Assembly (NCBI RefSeq): GCF_028641065.1
Contig: NC_073381.1
Location: forward strand, 84,134,001 to 84,198,000
Source of the DNA: Leucoraja erinacea
Taxonomy: Eukaryota
DNA length: 64,000 nt
Direction: 5' to 3'
Shown here: piece by piece, positions 11,001 through 23,000 of the stretch
Layout of the letters: each line of letters begins with the position of its first letter
How positions within the stretch are numbered: the stretch's first letter is position 1
Translations under genes and position numbers: made by a program
Notes under the pieces: generated by a model
The model's input: the letters and a program-made list of their open reading frames with translations, nothing else
What the model was told of the DNA's origin: nothing
Database searches by the model: none

Positions 11001-14000
11001 ACCTTAGATGGGGCATCTTGGTCTGTGTTTCAGGAGCTGGGCTGAAGGGGTTGTGTCTGTGTTTCAGGAGCTGGCTCTTTGACCTGTGTCGGGGCCTGGA
11101 CTTTGAGCCGGTGAGGCCCCGGTACCTCCCCAAATCCATTGGGTGCAGCAAGAATTTCATGGGCAAAGAGGCCCTGACCATGTGTGAGCAGGTGGGTCAT
11201 TACACAGCCTCCCTCACAACAGTGAAGCACAAGAACATGACCATCGGCCCACCGTGTCTGTGCCGAACATGATGCCAAGACCAACACTTATCTGCCTGCA
11301 CATAATCAATATCCCTCCAGTCCCTACATTTCCACATGCCTTTCTAAAAGTCTCCTATATGCCACAACCACCACCCTGGCAGCATACTCCTGGCAATTAC
11401 CAGCCTCCGTGCAAATATAACCTCCACACATCACCGTTACACTTTGTCCCTCTCACCTTCAAGTTATGCCTTCTTGTATTTAACTTTTCCATTCTGGGAA
11501 AAGGGTTCTCATTGTCTACCCTATCAATGCCTACCATAATATTATATACTTCTACCTGATCTCGCTGCAACGTCTGGCATTCCAGAGAAGAAAACCTCTT
11601 CCTATTGCTCATACCCCCAAATCCTGGCAAATAAGAAAGGATACACAGTGCTGGAGTAACTAACTCAGTGGGTCAGGCAGTATCTCTGGAGAACATGGAT
11701 AGGTGACGTTTCGGGTGGAGACCCTCCATCAGTCTGAAGGGTCCTGACCCCAAACGTCATCTATCCATGTTCTCCATAGATGCTGCCTGTCCCGCTGAGT
11801 TATTTCAGCACTGTGTGTCCCTTTTTGTAAAACCAGCTGAACCACCTTCTGAATCTCATAGAAACATAGAAAATAGGTGCAGGAGTAGGCCATTCGGCCC
11901 TTCGAGTCATTCGGCCATTCAATATGATCAAGGCTGATCATCCAACTCAGTATCCCATCCCTGCCTTCTCTCCATACCCCCTGATCCCTTTAGCCACAAG
12001 GGCCACATCTAACTCCCTCTTAAATATAGCCAATGAACTGGCCTCAACTACCTTATGTGGCAGAGAATTCCACAGATTCACCACTCTCTGTGTAAAAAAT
12101 GATTTTCCCATCTCGGTCCTAAAAGACTTCCCTCTTATCCTTAAACTGTGACCCCTAGTTCTGGACTTCCCCAACATCAGGAATAATCTTCCTGCATCTA
12201 GCCTGTCTAACCACTTAAGAATTTTGTAAGTTTCTATAAGATCCCCCTCTCAAGCTGCCCTTGCCCATTAGTATTCTCCACACGGATCTCACTGTCCTCT
12301 ATGTCCTCCTTGGTGAAACAAATGCAAGGTATATCCACAGCCTCCAATAACAAATTCCTTCCTTTATCCTTGAGTGGGCCTACCTTCTCCTTGGTTACAC
12401 TCCTGTTTTTAATATGGGCATAAAATGCTTTGGGATTTTCTTTAGTACCGCAAAGCCCTTTTTGGCTACAAATCACCAGCTTAAATTCTATCCTCCTTTC
12501 TTTACAATCAAATATCCTGTCGGATTACAGACTAGCTTGCAAGCACTTCCTTTTTCTTATTGACCAATTTTACAACCTCTTTGGTCATCCAAATTTCCCT
12601 TACTTTACCATCCTTATCCCTCCTCCTTACTGGAACATGCCGGCTATGAACTTCGATAAACTGGCCTGAGAACGACCCCCACATGTCTGATGTGGACTTA
12701 CCAATTAACAATTGCTCTCAGCAAACATGCCAGAGGTCCTGCCTAATGGATTTGTAATTTGCTTTACTCCAATTTAGTAACTTCCTGCCAGGTCCAGCCT
12801 TGTCCCTTTTCAAAATAACCTCAAAACTTACTGAGTTTTGATCACTTTCCCCAAAATGCTCATCAGTGGCCAGGCTCCTCTGTGTTTTCCACAAAGCACC
12901 GGGCATTGAAATAAACACACTGCAGTCCATCCGTGTCACCATATTCCTTCCCCTCTCCCCACCTGTCCTTCATTTGATACTTACTGGTCCCTAACCTCAA
13001 GAGCTAAAGGAAATTCAATTCAAGCTTCCAATGACTCCTTCCAATTTCTGACCTTTCACTCTGGTTCGCACCCCCTGCCTCTCTAGTTTAAACCCTCCTA
13101 AGTAGCACTAGCAAACCTCCCTGCAAGGATAGATCAAAGAGATCCCAATGGTCTAAAAATCTGAATCCTGCACCCTGCACCAACTCCTCAGTCAAGCATT
13201 TATCTGTCCTGTCTTCCTGTTCCTACCCTCACTGGCACGTGGCACTGGGAGTAACCCCAGAGATCACCACCCTCGAGGTCCTGCTTGTTAATCTTCTGCT
13301 GACACGAGCCATATTTGCTTCACAGGACCTCACAGGTGGTGGTGGGTGGGGTGCTGGGTGTAGGGGTAGGGTAGTGGGGTGGGTGTTGAGGTTGGGGCTG
13401 GTGGTGTGAAGTGGGGTGGGGAGGGGTCACCTGTCCATTTGCTGGGATGGTGCTGACCTTTGTCCCTCCTGTGCAGGTGAAGCATTGGCTGCTGCAGCTG
13501 TCGACAGAGCTGGAGGAAAGACTGCTCCAGGATCAGCAGCAGGTGGGTGGTTGGTTAATGCCCACAATATCTGGTCGCCTGCCTGGCAGAGTACCACCCA
13601 CACTCCCTCCGCAAAGACCCTCTCCCCCTGCCGGTGCCCCCTCCTCCCCTCAGGGTTGTCTAACTCCACTCCCTCGCGGTGTGGAGCAGGTTTGGGCTAT
13701 GGGTGGTGGGGGGTTGGGTATCCCTGTGATGTGGGCGCTAGGGGGTTGGTAACTGGGATGGCGGAGGCTGGAAGATGCGTGTCCTCGGGTCGGGTACCCT
13801 GGGGTGAGTTTAGCCCTGGGAGTGGGGGCCAGGTCTGAGTGGCGGGGTGTTGGTGAGCTGGGGTGTGGGTTTGGATGGGAGGGGACTGCCTTGACAGTGG
13901 GGGTACCTCTGGTGTGGAGGGGTTGAACCTGCCCTGGTGGTGGGTACCAGAGGCTGGGTGCCCCGGGGAGGCAGGTTGCATGGGGGAGGGGGGGGGGGGA

Positions 14001-15186
14001 TGGGCCACTCCCCTCACTCTGCGCCTTGTTGCAGAATGGGCGGACTGCGCGGCAGCTGGCGGTGGGGCTGCGGCTGCATGAGGAGCACCAGTCGCGCAGC
14101 TTCTCCCGCTGCTGCCCCCTGGCCAGGCCCGATGCCCCCCGCCTGGCCCAGCGCGCCTGGACCCTCATCCAGGCCTTCAACACGGCCCACCCCCCTCAGG
14201 CAGCCTGGTGAGTGAGGAGGGGGATAATGTGCTGGAGGTGGGGATGGGAGAGGGGATGGGGAGGCTGGGTCTTGGACTGTGGGGGTCAGTGGGGAGGGGT
14301 TGGCTGTCGGGGAGTTTGTCTGGGGGGGGGAGAAGGATTTGATGCGGGGGGTCGGTCGTGGCGATTTGTCCCGGTGCACTGACCCTGTCTCCGTCTGTCA
14401 CTCCACAGGTCGCCCCCCGTGATTGGCCTCTCTCTGGTGGCCAGGGATTTCTTCGAGACCTCGGTGGCCTCGGCCCGTGGCATCACTGACTTCCTGACCA
14501 GCTCCTCCTCCCAGTCCCTTGGGGCGGGAGCAGCGCCGAACCCAGGGAGAGTTGCGGGAGCCCAGAGCCCGGTGAGAAGACTGGGCCCAGAGGGAGCCCA
14601 CAGACCTGGCACCATCACATCCTTCTTTATGCATGCCCCCACCGACAAAACCTGCCCCTCCCCTGACCCTGTAACACACACCTTCCCCGCACAACCCTCC
14701 TCACTCTCTATTGCACCCCTCACCTCCCCCCCACCCCTCGCACCCACACCACCACCTGTCCCTGAGACACCCCCCAGCCCCTCTCCACACTCCTCCCCCT
14801 CTCACACACCACCCCTGGGCCGCAGAGACAGTGACCGTACAGGACCTGCAGAGATGGAGCTTCCAGGCGTGTCGTTCTTCAAACGCAAGGCCCTGGCCCA
14901 ATCCCCTGGCCAGCCACCAGTGGACCCTCCCCTGAGCCCCGGTCTCCCCACTGAGGTGCTGGTGCGCTGTGCAAGGTGCGGCCAGTCCACCCTCCCCAGG
15001 CAAGTGGCAGAGCACAAGGATTTCCACTTTGCCCTGGACCTCCAGAGGTCCCTGTCGACTCTCCCACCTCCCAGCCCCCCGGCCCAGACCAAGCACAAGG
15101 CAGTGGACCAGCTGCGGGGTCTGGGCAAGCGGGCTCGGACTGGCAGCAAGACCCTGGACTGGTATTTTCAGAAAGCACCTCCCTAG
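6270..15186 (+). CDS. POLH: DNA polymerase eta (Y-family translesion polymerase), 10 coding exons, 680 aa
   Basis: Exons: 6270-6412, 8118-8252, 8549-8775, 9199-9371, 9604-9707, 10460-10579, 11068-11191, 13477-13542, 14035-14207, 14409-15186. All are GT-AG with compatible phases; total 2043 nt. Motifs: DMDCFY, AVSYEAR, ASIDE, SAGISHNKVLAKL, RNLGGKLG, PKSIGCSKNF, FF motifs, UBZ (CARC-x11-HKDFH), C-terminal PIP-like TLDWYF. Confidence 0.97.
11635..11835. mobile_element. Fold-back Penelope-terminal element
   Basis: Inverted arms 'tgctggagtaact...aggtgacgtttcggg' and 'caaacgtcatct...gagttatttcagca'. Confidence 0.7.
11855..13330 (-). mobile_element. CR1 LINE fragments in a POLH intron
   Basis: Minus-strand ORFs '[36 protein letters not shown]', 'KENPKAFYAHIKN...VGPLKD' and 'EHFGESDQNSVSF...LNWSKANY'. 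Confidence 0.8.
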
Positions 15187-15455
15187 AACAGGCAGGGGGC
15201 GGGGTTTTGGCACATGGTCCCGAGCCGTAAGTTCATGTTACAGGAGCAGAATTAGTCCATTTGACCCCTTGAGCCTACTCTGCCATTCAATCATGGCTGA
15301 TCTATCTCTCCCTCTCAACCCCATTCTCCTGCCTTCTCCCCATAACCCGACACCCGTTCTAATCAAGAATCTTAAAAATATCCACTGACTTGGCCTCCAC
15401 AATGTCCCCCCATTTCCTGATACTTTGGCATGAGATCAGATCAGATGTGGGTGTA

Positions 15456-15461
15456 ATTAAA
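15456..15461 (+). terminator. Candidate POLH polyadenylation signal (ATTAAA)
   Basis: ATTAAA 270 nt after the stop codon, followed by T/GT-rich sequence. Confidence 0.4.
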
Positions 15462-15765
15462 GTATTGTATTTTTGATATAAATTCCTGAGATGTTCAGTG
15501 ATTCACAGGATTGAAGAGTGGGGAGTGTTTGAGTGGTTTCTCTTTGATGTTTCTGGCTTGTTTTACCGGAGCTCCTGAATGCTGCTGCTCCCTTGCTGTT
15601 GAAGTGATCACTCTTGCACCTCTGTGGTTGTTTGAGGTTAATCTGTACAGTCCCCCCCAGGGCATGTCAGTGCAGACACGATGGGCCGAAGGGTCTGTTT
15701 GTGTACTATTCTGTGATGTGGAGAACCCATGGATTTGCTGGACAGCAGAGCGGTAGAATTACTGC

Positions 15766-17122
15766 TTTAAAATTAAGAAACCTATCTCTTTTAATACCAA
15801 TAGTCAATAATCCATCGTTTAAACCATCAATCATAGACAAATCATTTATACAATGGGAAAGAATGGGAATTAAAACGCTCGAAGATCTGTATGAATTAGG
15901 GAATCTACTATCATTTCAACAACTACAACTGAAATATAATTTGAAAAATAACCAATATTTTAAATATCTTCAAATTTGTGATTATCTGAAAAAACACACA
16001 AAAAACTATCATAAGATGTCTTCCGACTTATTGGATGAAGCAATGAAGACCAAGGCGGAATCAGCTAATTTAATATCGTATTTATATAATATCATTTTAA
16101 ACATAGAAATACCCACAACAGATGGAATTAGAAAAGATTGGGAACAAGAATTAGATATAAAAATCTCAAAAGAGACCTGGGATAATCATTTACTACAGGT
16201 GCATAAATGTTCGATCAACGTACGGCATACGCTCATCCAATTTAAAACATTACATAGATTATATTATTCAAAAACTAAATTAAATAAAATCTTCCCTAAT
16301 GTTTCACCAATCTGTGATAAATGCCTATGTCAAGAAGCTACCATAGCGCACTCTTTTGTTTTTTGTACAAAAATCCAAAAATTCTGGTATGAAATATTTG
16401 ATATTTTTTCGAAATTGATCAAAATAAAACTGGTACCAAAACCAGAATGGATTATCTTCGGAATATCGGAAGATAACCCTGAATTAAACGTGTTTCAGAA
16501 GAATTTATTTAATTACGGGCTAATAATGGGAAAAAAGCTTATACTTAAATTCTGGAAAAATGCGCCGACACCAACAATAAAAATGTGGATATCAAATATG
16601 TTTGAAACATTACATCTGGAAGAGATGAGATTCCTCCTAGCAGGTAAAGCAGACCAATTTCAAAAGACGTGGTCTATGTTTCTGGACCTATTACAAGCAT
16701 GAGGTGCAATAGTAACCTAAAAAAAAAAAAAAACAAATATATAAATAAGCGGAATCAGGACCTGGTAACGGGAGGTAAAACAGACTTGGTTGGTAGTCCC
16801 CTTTCTGCGGAGTTTAATGTTATAATAGAGCGATTGTTTCTACTTTCTCTTTCTCTCTTTTCTAGGGTCTATTTTCTTACTTTACTTCCTTCTCTAACTT
16901 CTTTTCTAAGGGGCTTTCTTTTCCTTACACTCTTGCACTGCACGACTCTCTTGCACTTTCTTTACTTTCCTAACTTCTACCTTTTTCTTAAAGCTCTAAA
17001 AAAAAAAAAAAAAAAAGAAGCGGTACAAAAAATGTATTAAGATATATGTGTTGTGTAGAATTGTAATTTACCGTACTTCTAATAAAAAAATAAAAAAAAA
17101 AAAAATAAAAAATAAAAAAAAA
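15766..17122 (+). mobile_element. 5'-truncated L1-clade LINE with poly(A) tail and target-site duplication
   Basis: Uninterrupted ORF2 C-terminus to 16702 with a CCHC-type motif (CDKC-x8-H-x4-C); pyrimidine-rich 3'UTR; AATAAA and A-rich tail; agaattactgc duplicated at 15755-15765 and 17123-17133. Confidence 0.9.
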
Positions 17123-17378
17123 AGAATTACTGCCTTACAGAGCGCGAATCGGGTTCTATCGAGTGCTTGTCTGTACGAAGTCTGTACCTGCATGTGTTTT
17201 CTACAGGATCTCCAGTTTTCTCCCACACTACAAAGACAGGTAGGTTTGTAGGTTAATTGGCTTGGTATAATTGTAAATTGTTCCTGGTGTGTGTGTGATA
17301 TCATTAGTGTGCAGGGATGGGTGGTCGGCATGGACTCGGTGGGCTGAAGGGCCTGTTTCCACACTGCATCTCTAAACT
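17123..17378 (+). mobile_element. tRNA-derived SINE (3' part; its 5' end at ~15740-15765 is separated by the L1)
   Basis: Same layout as copies at 48120-48420 (+) and 45660-45955, 48540-48835, 55130-55425 (-): tRNA-like head, 'gtttgtaggttaattggc' body, 'gggctgaagggcctgtttcc' tail. Confidence 0.75.
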
Positions 17379-18699
17379 AAAGTGCACTGTTTATCACCAT
17401 GGGATGAATAGATGATAGTGCTACTGTCTGACAATTGGGCGAGGATTGTAAGTTTACCTTCCATTCAGTAAAGCATAGCTCTAGGTGAGGAGAGTGGGCG
17501 GATTTGCCATAGCCCTTCCTGCTTTCCTGGTTTGTCCTGCTGGCGTTTTGCAGACTCCGCCCCCACTGCTGCTGCTTCGTGACACAGCCGAGTGTGAGCG
17601 AGGAACAGACTGACAGGAGTTGCATCAGCTGCTGCCCCACCCAAGCTGCTGAACCGGTTCTTATCTTTGCCCACAGCACCTCGGTGACACTGGGTAGTGG
17701 CTCTATCCATTTCTCTCCACAGAATCTGCTTGGCTCACTGAGTTCCTCCAGCACTTTGTTTATCCTTGCTCAAGATTCCAGATGCATGCCTCTTCATCAT
17801 TCAACTCTTGATTGACACAAAACCCCACTGATTGGGGAATCTCTGTGAGCCCTTCAGCCCATCATGCTCAGCTCAGCCTATCAACCTCCCAATTGTCAGA
17901 CAGCAACACTCGTCTATTCATACATGGTGTAAAAGCATGAACGGGATACTGATTTTAGATGTTTAAGAACGAACTGCAGATGCTGGAAAATCGAAGGTTA
18001 CAAAAATGCTGTAGAAACTCAGCGGGTGCAGCAGCATCTAGGAGCGAAGGAAATAGGCAACGTTTCGGGTCGATGATCAGCCATGATCATATTGAATGGC
18101 GGTGCTGGCTCGAAGGTCCAAATGAACTACTCCTGCACCTATTTTTCTGTTACCATCCCCACTTCCTGCCTCAGATGTTTTTCAGTAAACTGTCTCTGCC
18201 TCCTCCTCCCAGATTGGCAATGGTTTTGATTTTTCCGATCAGTCTGCTATTGGAACTTGCTAAAGTCCTCCCCTGATTAATATTGCTGGTTAAAGGCTGA
18301 GTTATGTCATTTTCAATTCACCCACTCAGTACACCTCCCCTCCTCCCTCCTCAAACACCATGTATCATCCCATTTTAAAGATGCCAGTCTCCCCCCTATC
18401 TCGACCTTCATTAGCTGCTGGGATAGACACACAAATACCTGCATTCCGGGGCAAGTGAAACTCCTTCCTGGCCCAATCGAAGCAAGGCATCTGTGTACCA
18501 GGTGACCTCTGGCTGCAAGGACAAATACCCACCTCTCCCCACACTCCCAACTAGCTCAGCACTGACGCTTACCATTTTCCTTCATGCATTTACAAAACAA
18601 ATACCTTGTCTTTTCATTGTTACATAATACTTTCAATGCACTTTGCCCTCCTAGTTTTCTTTTCAATTAGCAAGTCAGAGAAACTATCACTTAAAATTA

Positions 18700-18705
18700 T
18701 TTATT
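18700..18705 (-). terminator. Candidate GTPBP2 polyadenylation signal (AATAAA on minus strand)
   Basis: tttatt on the plus strand at the end of an AT-rich stretch ~1.3 kb past the GTPBP2 stop. Confidence 0.55.
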
Positions 18706-20002
18706 AAAGGCAAATATCTCTGTACATCTTTATATACAGAAATAATGTACATAATGACCTATATCACACAAAGGAAAACATTGTTGTAAGCACTTTTCTG
18801 CTGATTCACTCCCCAGCCCAACTAAAACTCCCTCTCCCTCTTGCTACACACCCTTGGGGAAGGGAGAGCACTGTGAATAATAACTGAAGTCCCAATGTTG
18901 CTTTATGAGAATTACTGGAAAATGTTGGCATGAACATATATTTTAGAAGTGTTAAGATAAAGAATATTTTGAAATTAAGAAAACAATCAGGGTTGGGCAC
19001 ACTCAAGTTCCCTCTACACTCTCATAGCCACGGAGATATACAGCATGGAAACGGCCCCTTTGGCCCAACTCGTCCACTCCCAGGGCACAGGAGTGAAGCT
19101 CCCACTACACTGGCCTGTCGCAGATTCAGTTATACAGTTCAGGACCCAACTCACCCAGGCCGACCAAGAAGCCCATCCACACGTCACAATTGTCAGTGTT
19201 TGACCCATATCCCTTTAAACCTTTCCACGTACCTGCCTCAACTACTTCCTGCCAGCTCCTTAAATAGATGTACCACAACTCCCAGGGTTAGACAGAGTGA
19301 AGCTCATCCTATATGTCCTGTCATTTCCCCCCCCCCCCCCCAGTAAAAAAAGGTTGGCCACAGAATGAAGCTTCCTCTTCACTGTCCTGTCACAGTGCAC
19401 CAAACATAGGCAAATGCGACGAACTTTGGCAAGCATCTTAATTGGTATTTTGGGCAAAACGACCCGTTTCCATGCTGTATAACTATGGCACACTGCCCCA
19501 TCGCACATTGCCAGGGTCAAACACAAGAATGAAGCTCCTTCGCCATTGCCCCATCACACACTCCAGGGGCACGAGTTAGACACAGTGAAACTCCTTAGAA
19601 GCCATATCAAAAGAAGGCACTAACTCCTTGCTTTAACCTGCCATCATCTGTGCAGCAGCTTTTTGCATTCAGACACAGCACGTGGTTTTATCTCACCCGG
19701 TCCTGTGCTACCCAGCTCTGCCTGATGGGACAAGGAAGCTCCGTGAACTGCACAAGCAGGCAGGCAATCCAAAGAGCTGGGCTTGGATTTAAAACCAAAG
19801 AATCAGAGGGCTGTGAGAGCAGCCAGAGGAGGATAGGGTGGACTCATCCTGCAAGGACACGTGCTGAGGGTGTTCAGGTCTGGGCGTTTAATGGGGCTGA
19901 AGATGTGATCCCCCATGATCTTGGGCCAAGAGCAGTTGGAGTGGGTCTGGCACCTCGGGCTGGAGAGCAGATATGCCGGGACAATCCCGGGATCACTTGC
20001 TT

Positions 20003-23000
20003 TCAGGTCTTCTGCTCCATGATGACCTTGGTCACATGGCCGATGCCCTTCGTCACTCCCTCGCGGAACAGCAGCTTCGCACCCACCTTCAGGTACTCTG
20101 GGTGCTTGATAAAGCGGAAACGCACGACTGCCCTCTCTCCCGTTCTCAGCTCCTCCTGAAACACACAACGGTGTAGGTCAGAGACCAGAGGAGAGGCTAG
20201 ACAGATCTGGATTGTTTGTTAGGAGTGTCAGAGGCCGAGGGGTGACCTGATCAAGGTATATAAAACTACGATTGGCGTGGATAGGTAGACAGTCAGAACC
20301 CAGTGTGGAAATGTCAAAGAGGGAAATAGCGTTAAGGTCAGAGGGGAAATGTTGAAAGCAGATGTGCAGGGCAAGTTTTCTTTTTTACACACAGTGGTGG
20401 GTACCTGGAATGCGCTGTCAACGGTGATGGTGGATAGTGGTGTTAAGGAGGCATTTAGATAGAAACATGCATATGAATGGATAATTCATGAATGGACAGA
20501 TGAGATTTTCTAGGCATCATGTTTGGCCAAAGGGCCTTTGCAGTCCTGCTCTACGTTCAGGGAAGGGGTCAGGCCAGCGCAGTGCTGCAGGAGTGGGTTG
20601 GTTCAGGCTGACACACTCACCTTGCCGTGGATCAGCTCCACGATGGCAGTCTGCCGCACGTTGCCGACGTGCACTGTCACCTGAAAGCCCCTGCGGAAGG
20701 TCTTGGCGTGAAACAGCAGCACGATCTCGGATTCGAAAAGCGAGCTGACGGTCGGCTGCATCTCCAGGCTCAGCATCACCATGCCCTGTGGAAGGCCAGG
20801 GTTACTACCCACACCCACAGCCCCCACCCTTCCTCCCATCTCCACCGTTCCCCCTCCCCCTGCTGAGAATCCTCTCCTCCTTGCCCTGACCCTCCCCCAA
20901 AACCGTGATACAAAAGTCTGTCCTTCACCCAGCCCCATCCCACTGAGGACCGATCCTGGCCAGCTATGGACTAACCCCCACTCTGGACCAATCCCCCCCC
21001 CACCCCGTTGTTTCATGTGGGAACTATTCCCAAAGTGGGCGTCTCTCTGTCGCAGTTCCCACATGCAGTGTGCCAAGGCAGTCTGTCCACATTCGCAGTA
21101 CAACTCCAGGTTGGTTCCAGCCGTGTACGAGTCCCCCAGCGAGTGCCCGTGAGCCGGGGTTGTGTTCCCCTCCCCTGTGCGAGCCCGCGACAGACACCCA
21201 CCTTCCGCAGCAGGGCCCTGTCGAAGTTGCCCAGGGCCAGGGTGGCAGCCTGACCCGCTCTCAGCACGCGGCAGCCCGAGCGGTTTCGCTGGATGCTGCA
21301 CACCGTCAGTGGCAGGAAGTGCCCGCTGTCCGTGGGGCCCACCACCAGCCGCTCGCCCTCTCTGCAAATGCCACTATGGGGGAGAAGCAAAACCAGACCC
21401 AGTCACTGCGATGCAGAGGGCAGATCACAATTAACAATGCAACCCATCAGCTCGTATCCTCAGTCCCCACTAACACCAGCCTTACTGGAGGCAGCCATGA
21501 GCACAGCCACACCACAGTGGTACTGGCTGGTACAATGTCCCCCTGGGGCCAGGGCTGAGGCAGGGCATTGCTGAGCAGCTTTAGAACAGCAGATGGAGAA
21601 GGCTCAACAGGCAGAAGGTGGGCGTTTCCGTACCAGTGTCTATGGCTGTCTGAAGAAGGGTCTTGACCCAAAACGTCACCCATTCCTTATCTCCAGAGAT
21701 GCTGTCTGTCCCGCTGAGGTACTCCAGCTTTTTGTGTCTATCCAGGTTCTGTATATGGGACATGGGTCTCCAGGCAGATTTTAAAGAGAAGCACGATATT
21801 AGAGGTGAGAATTTCCAGATTATTCCCAGTTTCACATACAGTGATGCAGAACTAGGGGATTGAATATGCGAGTAGTGAGAAGGTGCAAGAAGGAAAGCTT
21901 TGGATCTGTTTGTATGCGACAACTGCACCACCATCCACCTCACCCGAGACTGCGAAGAACTGACCCATTCCATCCCTGCACCAGGCTGCTGCACGTGGAA
22001 CTTTACACAAACTGACAACAGTTACAGCAAAGACGCCTACTGGGAACATTAATTCTTACCTGTACAGGGTCCCACCAACGACTGTCCCCACATCAGGTAC
22101 AGAATAGATTTCATCCACCTGTACAAATGAGGAAGCAACAAATAATTGGGGAAAACTCACACAAGCCAATCCCCATCCCAGTCCTCCACACAACCCCGTG
22201 TACATCTTTAATGCTGTACCACCTCCTTACTCACCAAAACCGCAAGCCTGGCACCTGCACACACCCCACCCTTCCCCCTGAAGTATCAGGCACACACACA
22301 CCAATGCTGGTGTTTAAAGAGTACAAGGAGAGGTTTGCCCACAAGAGAGGAGTTGAGGGCTGTAGCCCAGGCTGCTGCACGATTTCACAACACAGCAGAG
22401 AAACCCCAGTGGGCTCCTAACCCAGATTCCAGCTACGTTCCAGGGGAGAGGGCTACAAGCAGGTGGTACTAAAGGAGGGTTGTACTGCTGAAGGTGCTGT
22501 CTTTCGACTGAAACATCAAAGCCTGGTACAGCTGCCTTTACCCTTTTTGACACCAAGCTTCAATTAACATCAACTGGGAGTAGTGGGGCTATTTTGACCC
22601 TGCTGCATGTTGACCTGCAATGTTCCCTCAGTTGCCGAAGGATCTAAAACACAATCCACAAGCACAGAACCAAGTGATGAACTCTGGTCTCACGCTTTAC
22701 CTGAAACTCAGTCAGCTGCTGCATCAGCTCCTCCTGCTCCTTACTGTTGGTCAGTGGAGGTAGCACATTGAGGAAAACCTTCAGCAGGTCCAGGTTTACC
22801 CCGTTCACACTGGACAGTGTGAAGATTGGAGTGATGCTAAACAGAACAGATAGGGACATTACCAACACATGCTGCATTCCTCTCAATGCTCCTTGGTCTC
22901 TCACAGTGTTAAGGAGTAATTGCCGAGCTGTTGTGGGCGACCTCACCAAGGTTTACTCATCCCGCTTCAGTTGAAGGGCTGAACTGGGCAGAGGATTCCT

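Noticed and set aside
15614-16702. 362-aa ORF as a host gene
   Set aside because: It is the L1 ORF2 C-terminus fused to chance upstream sequence.
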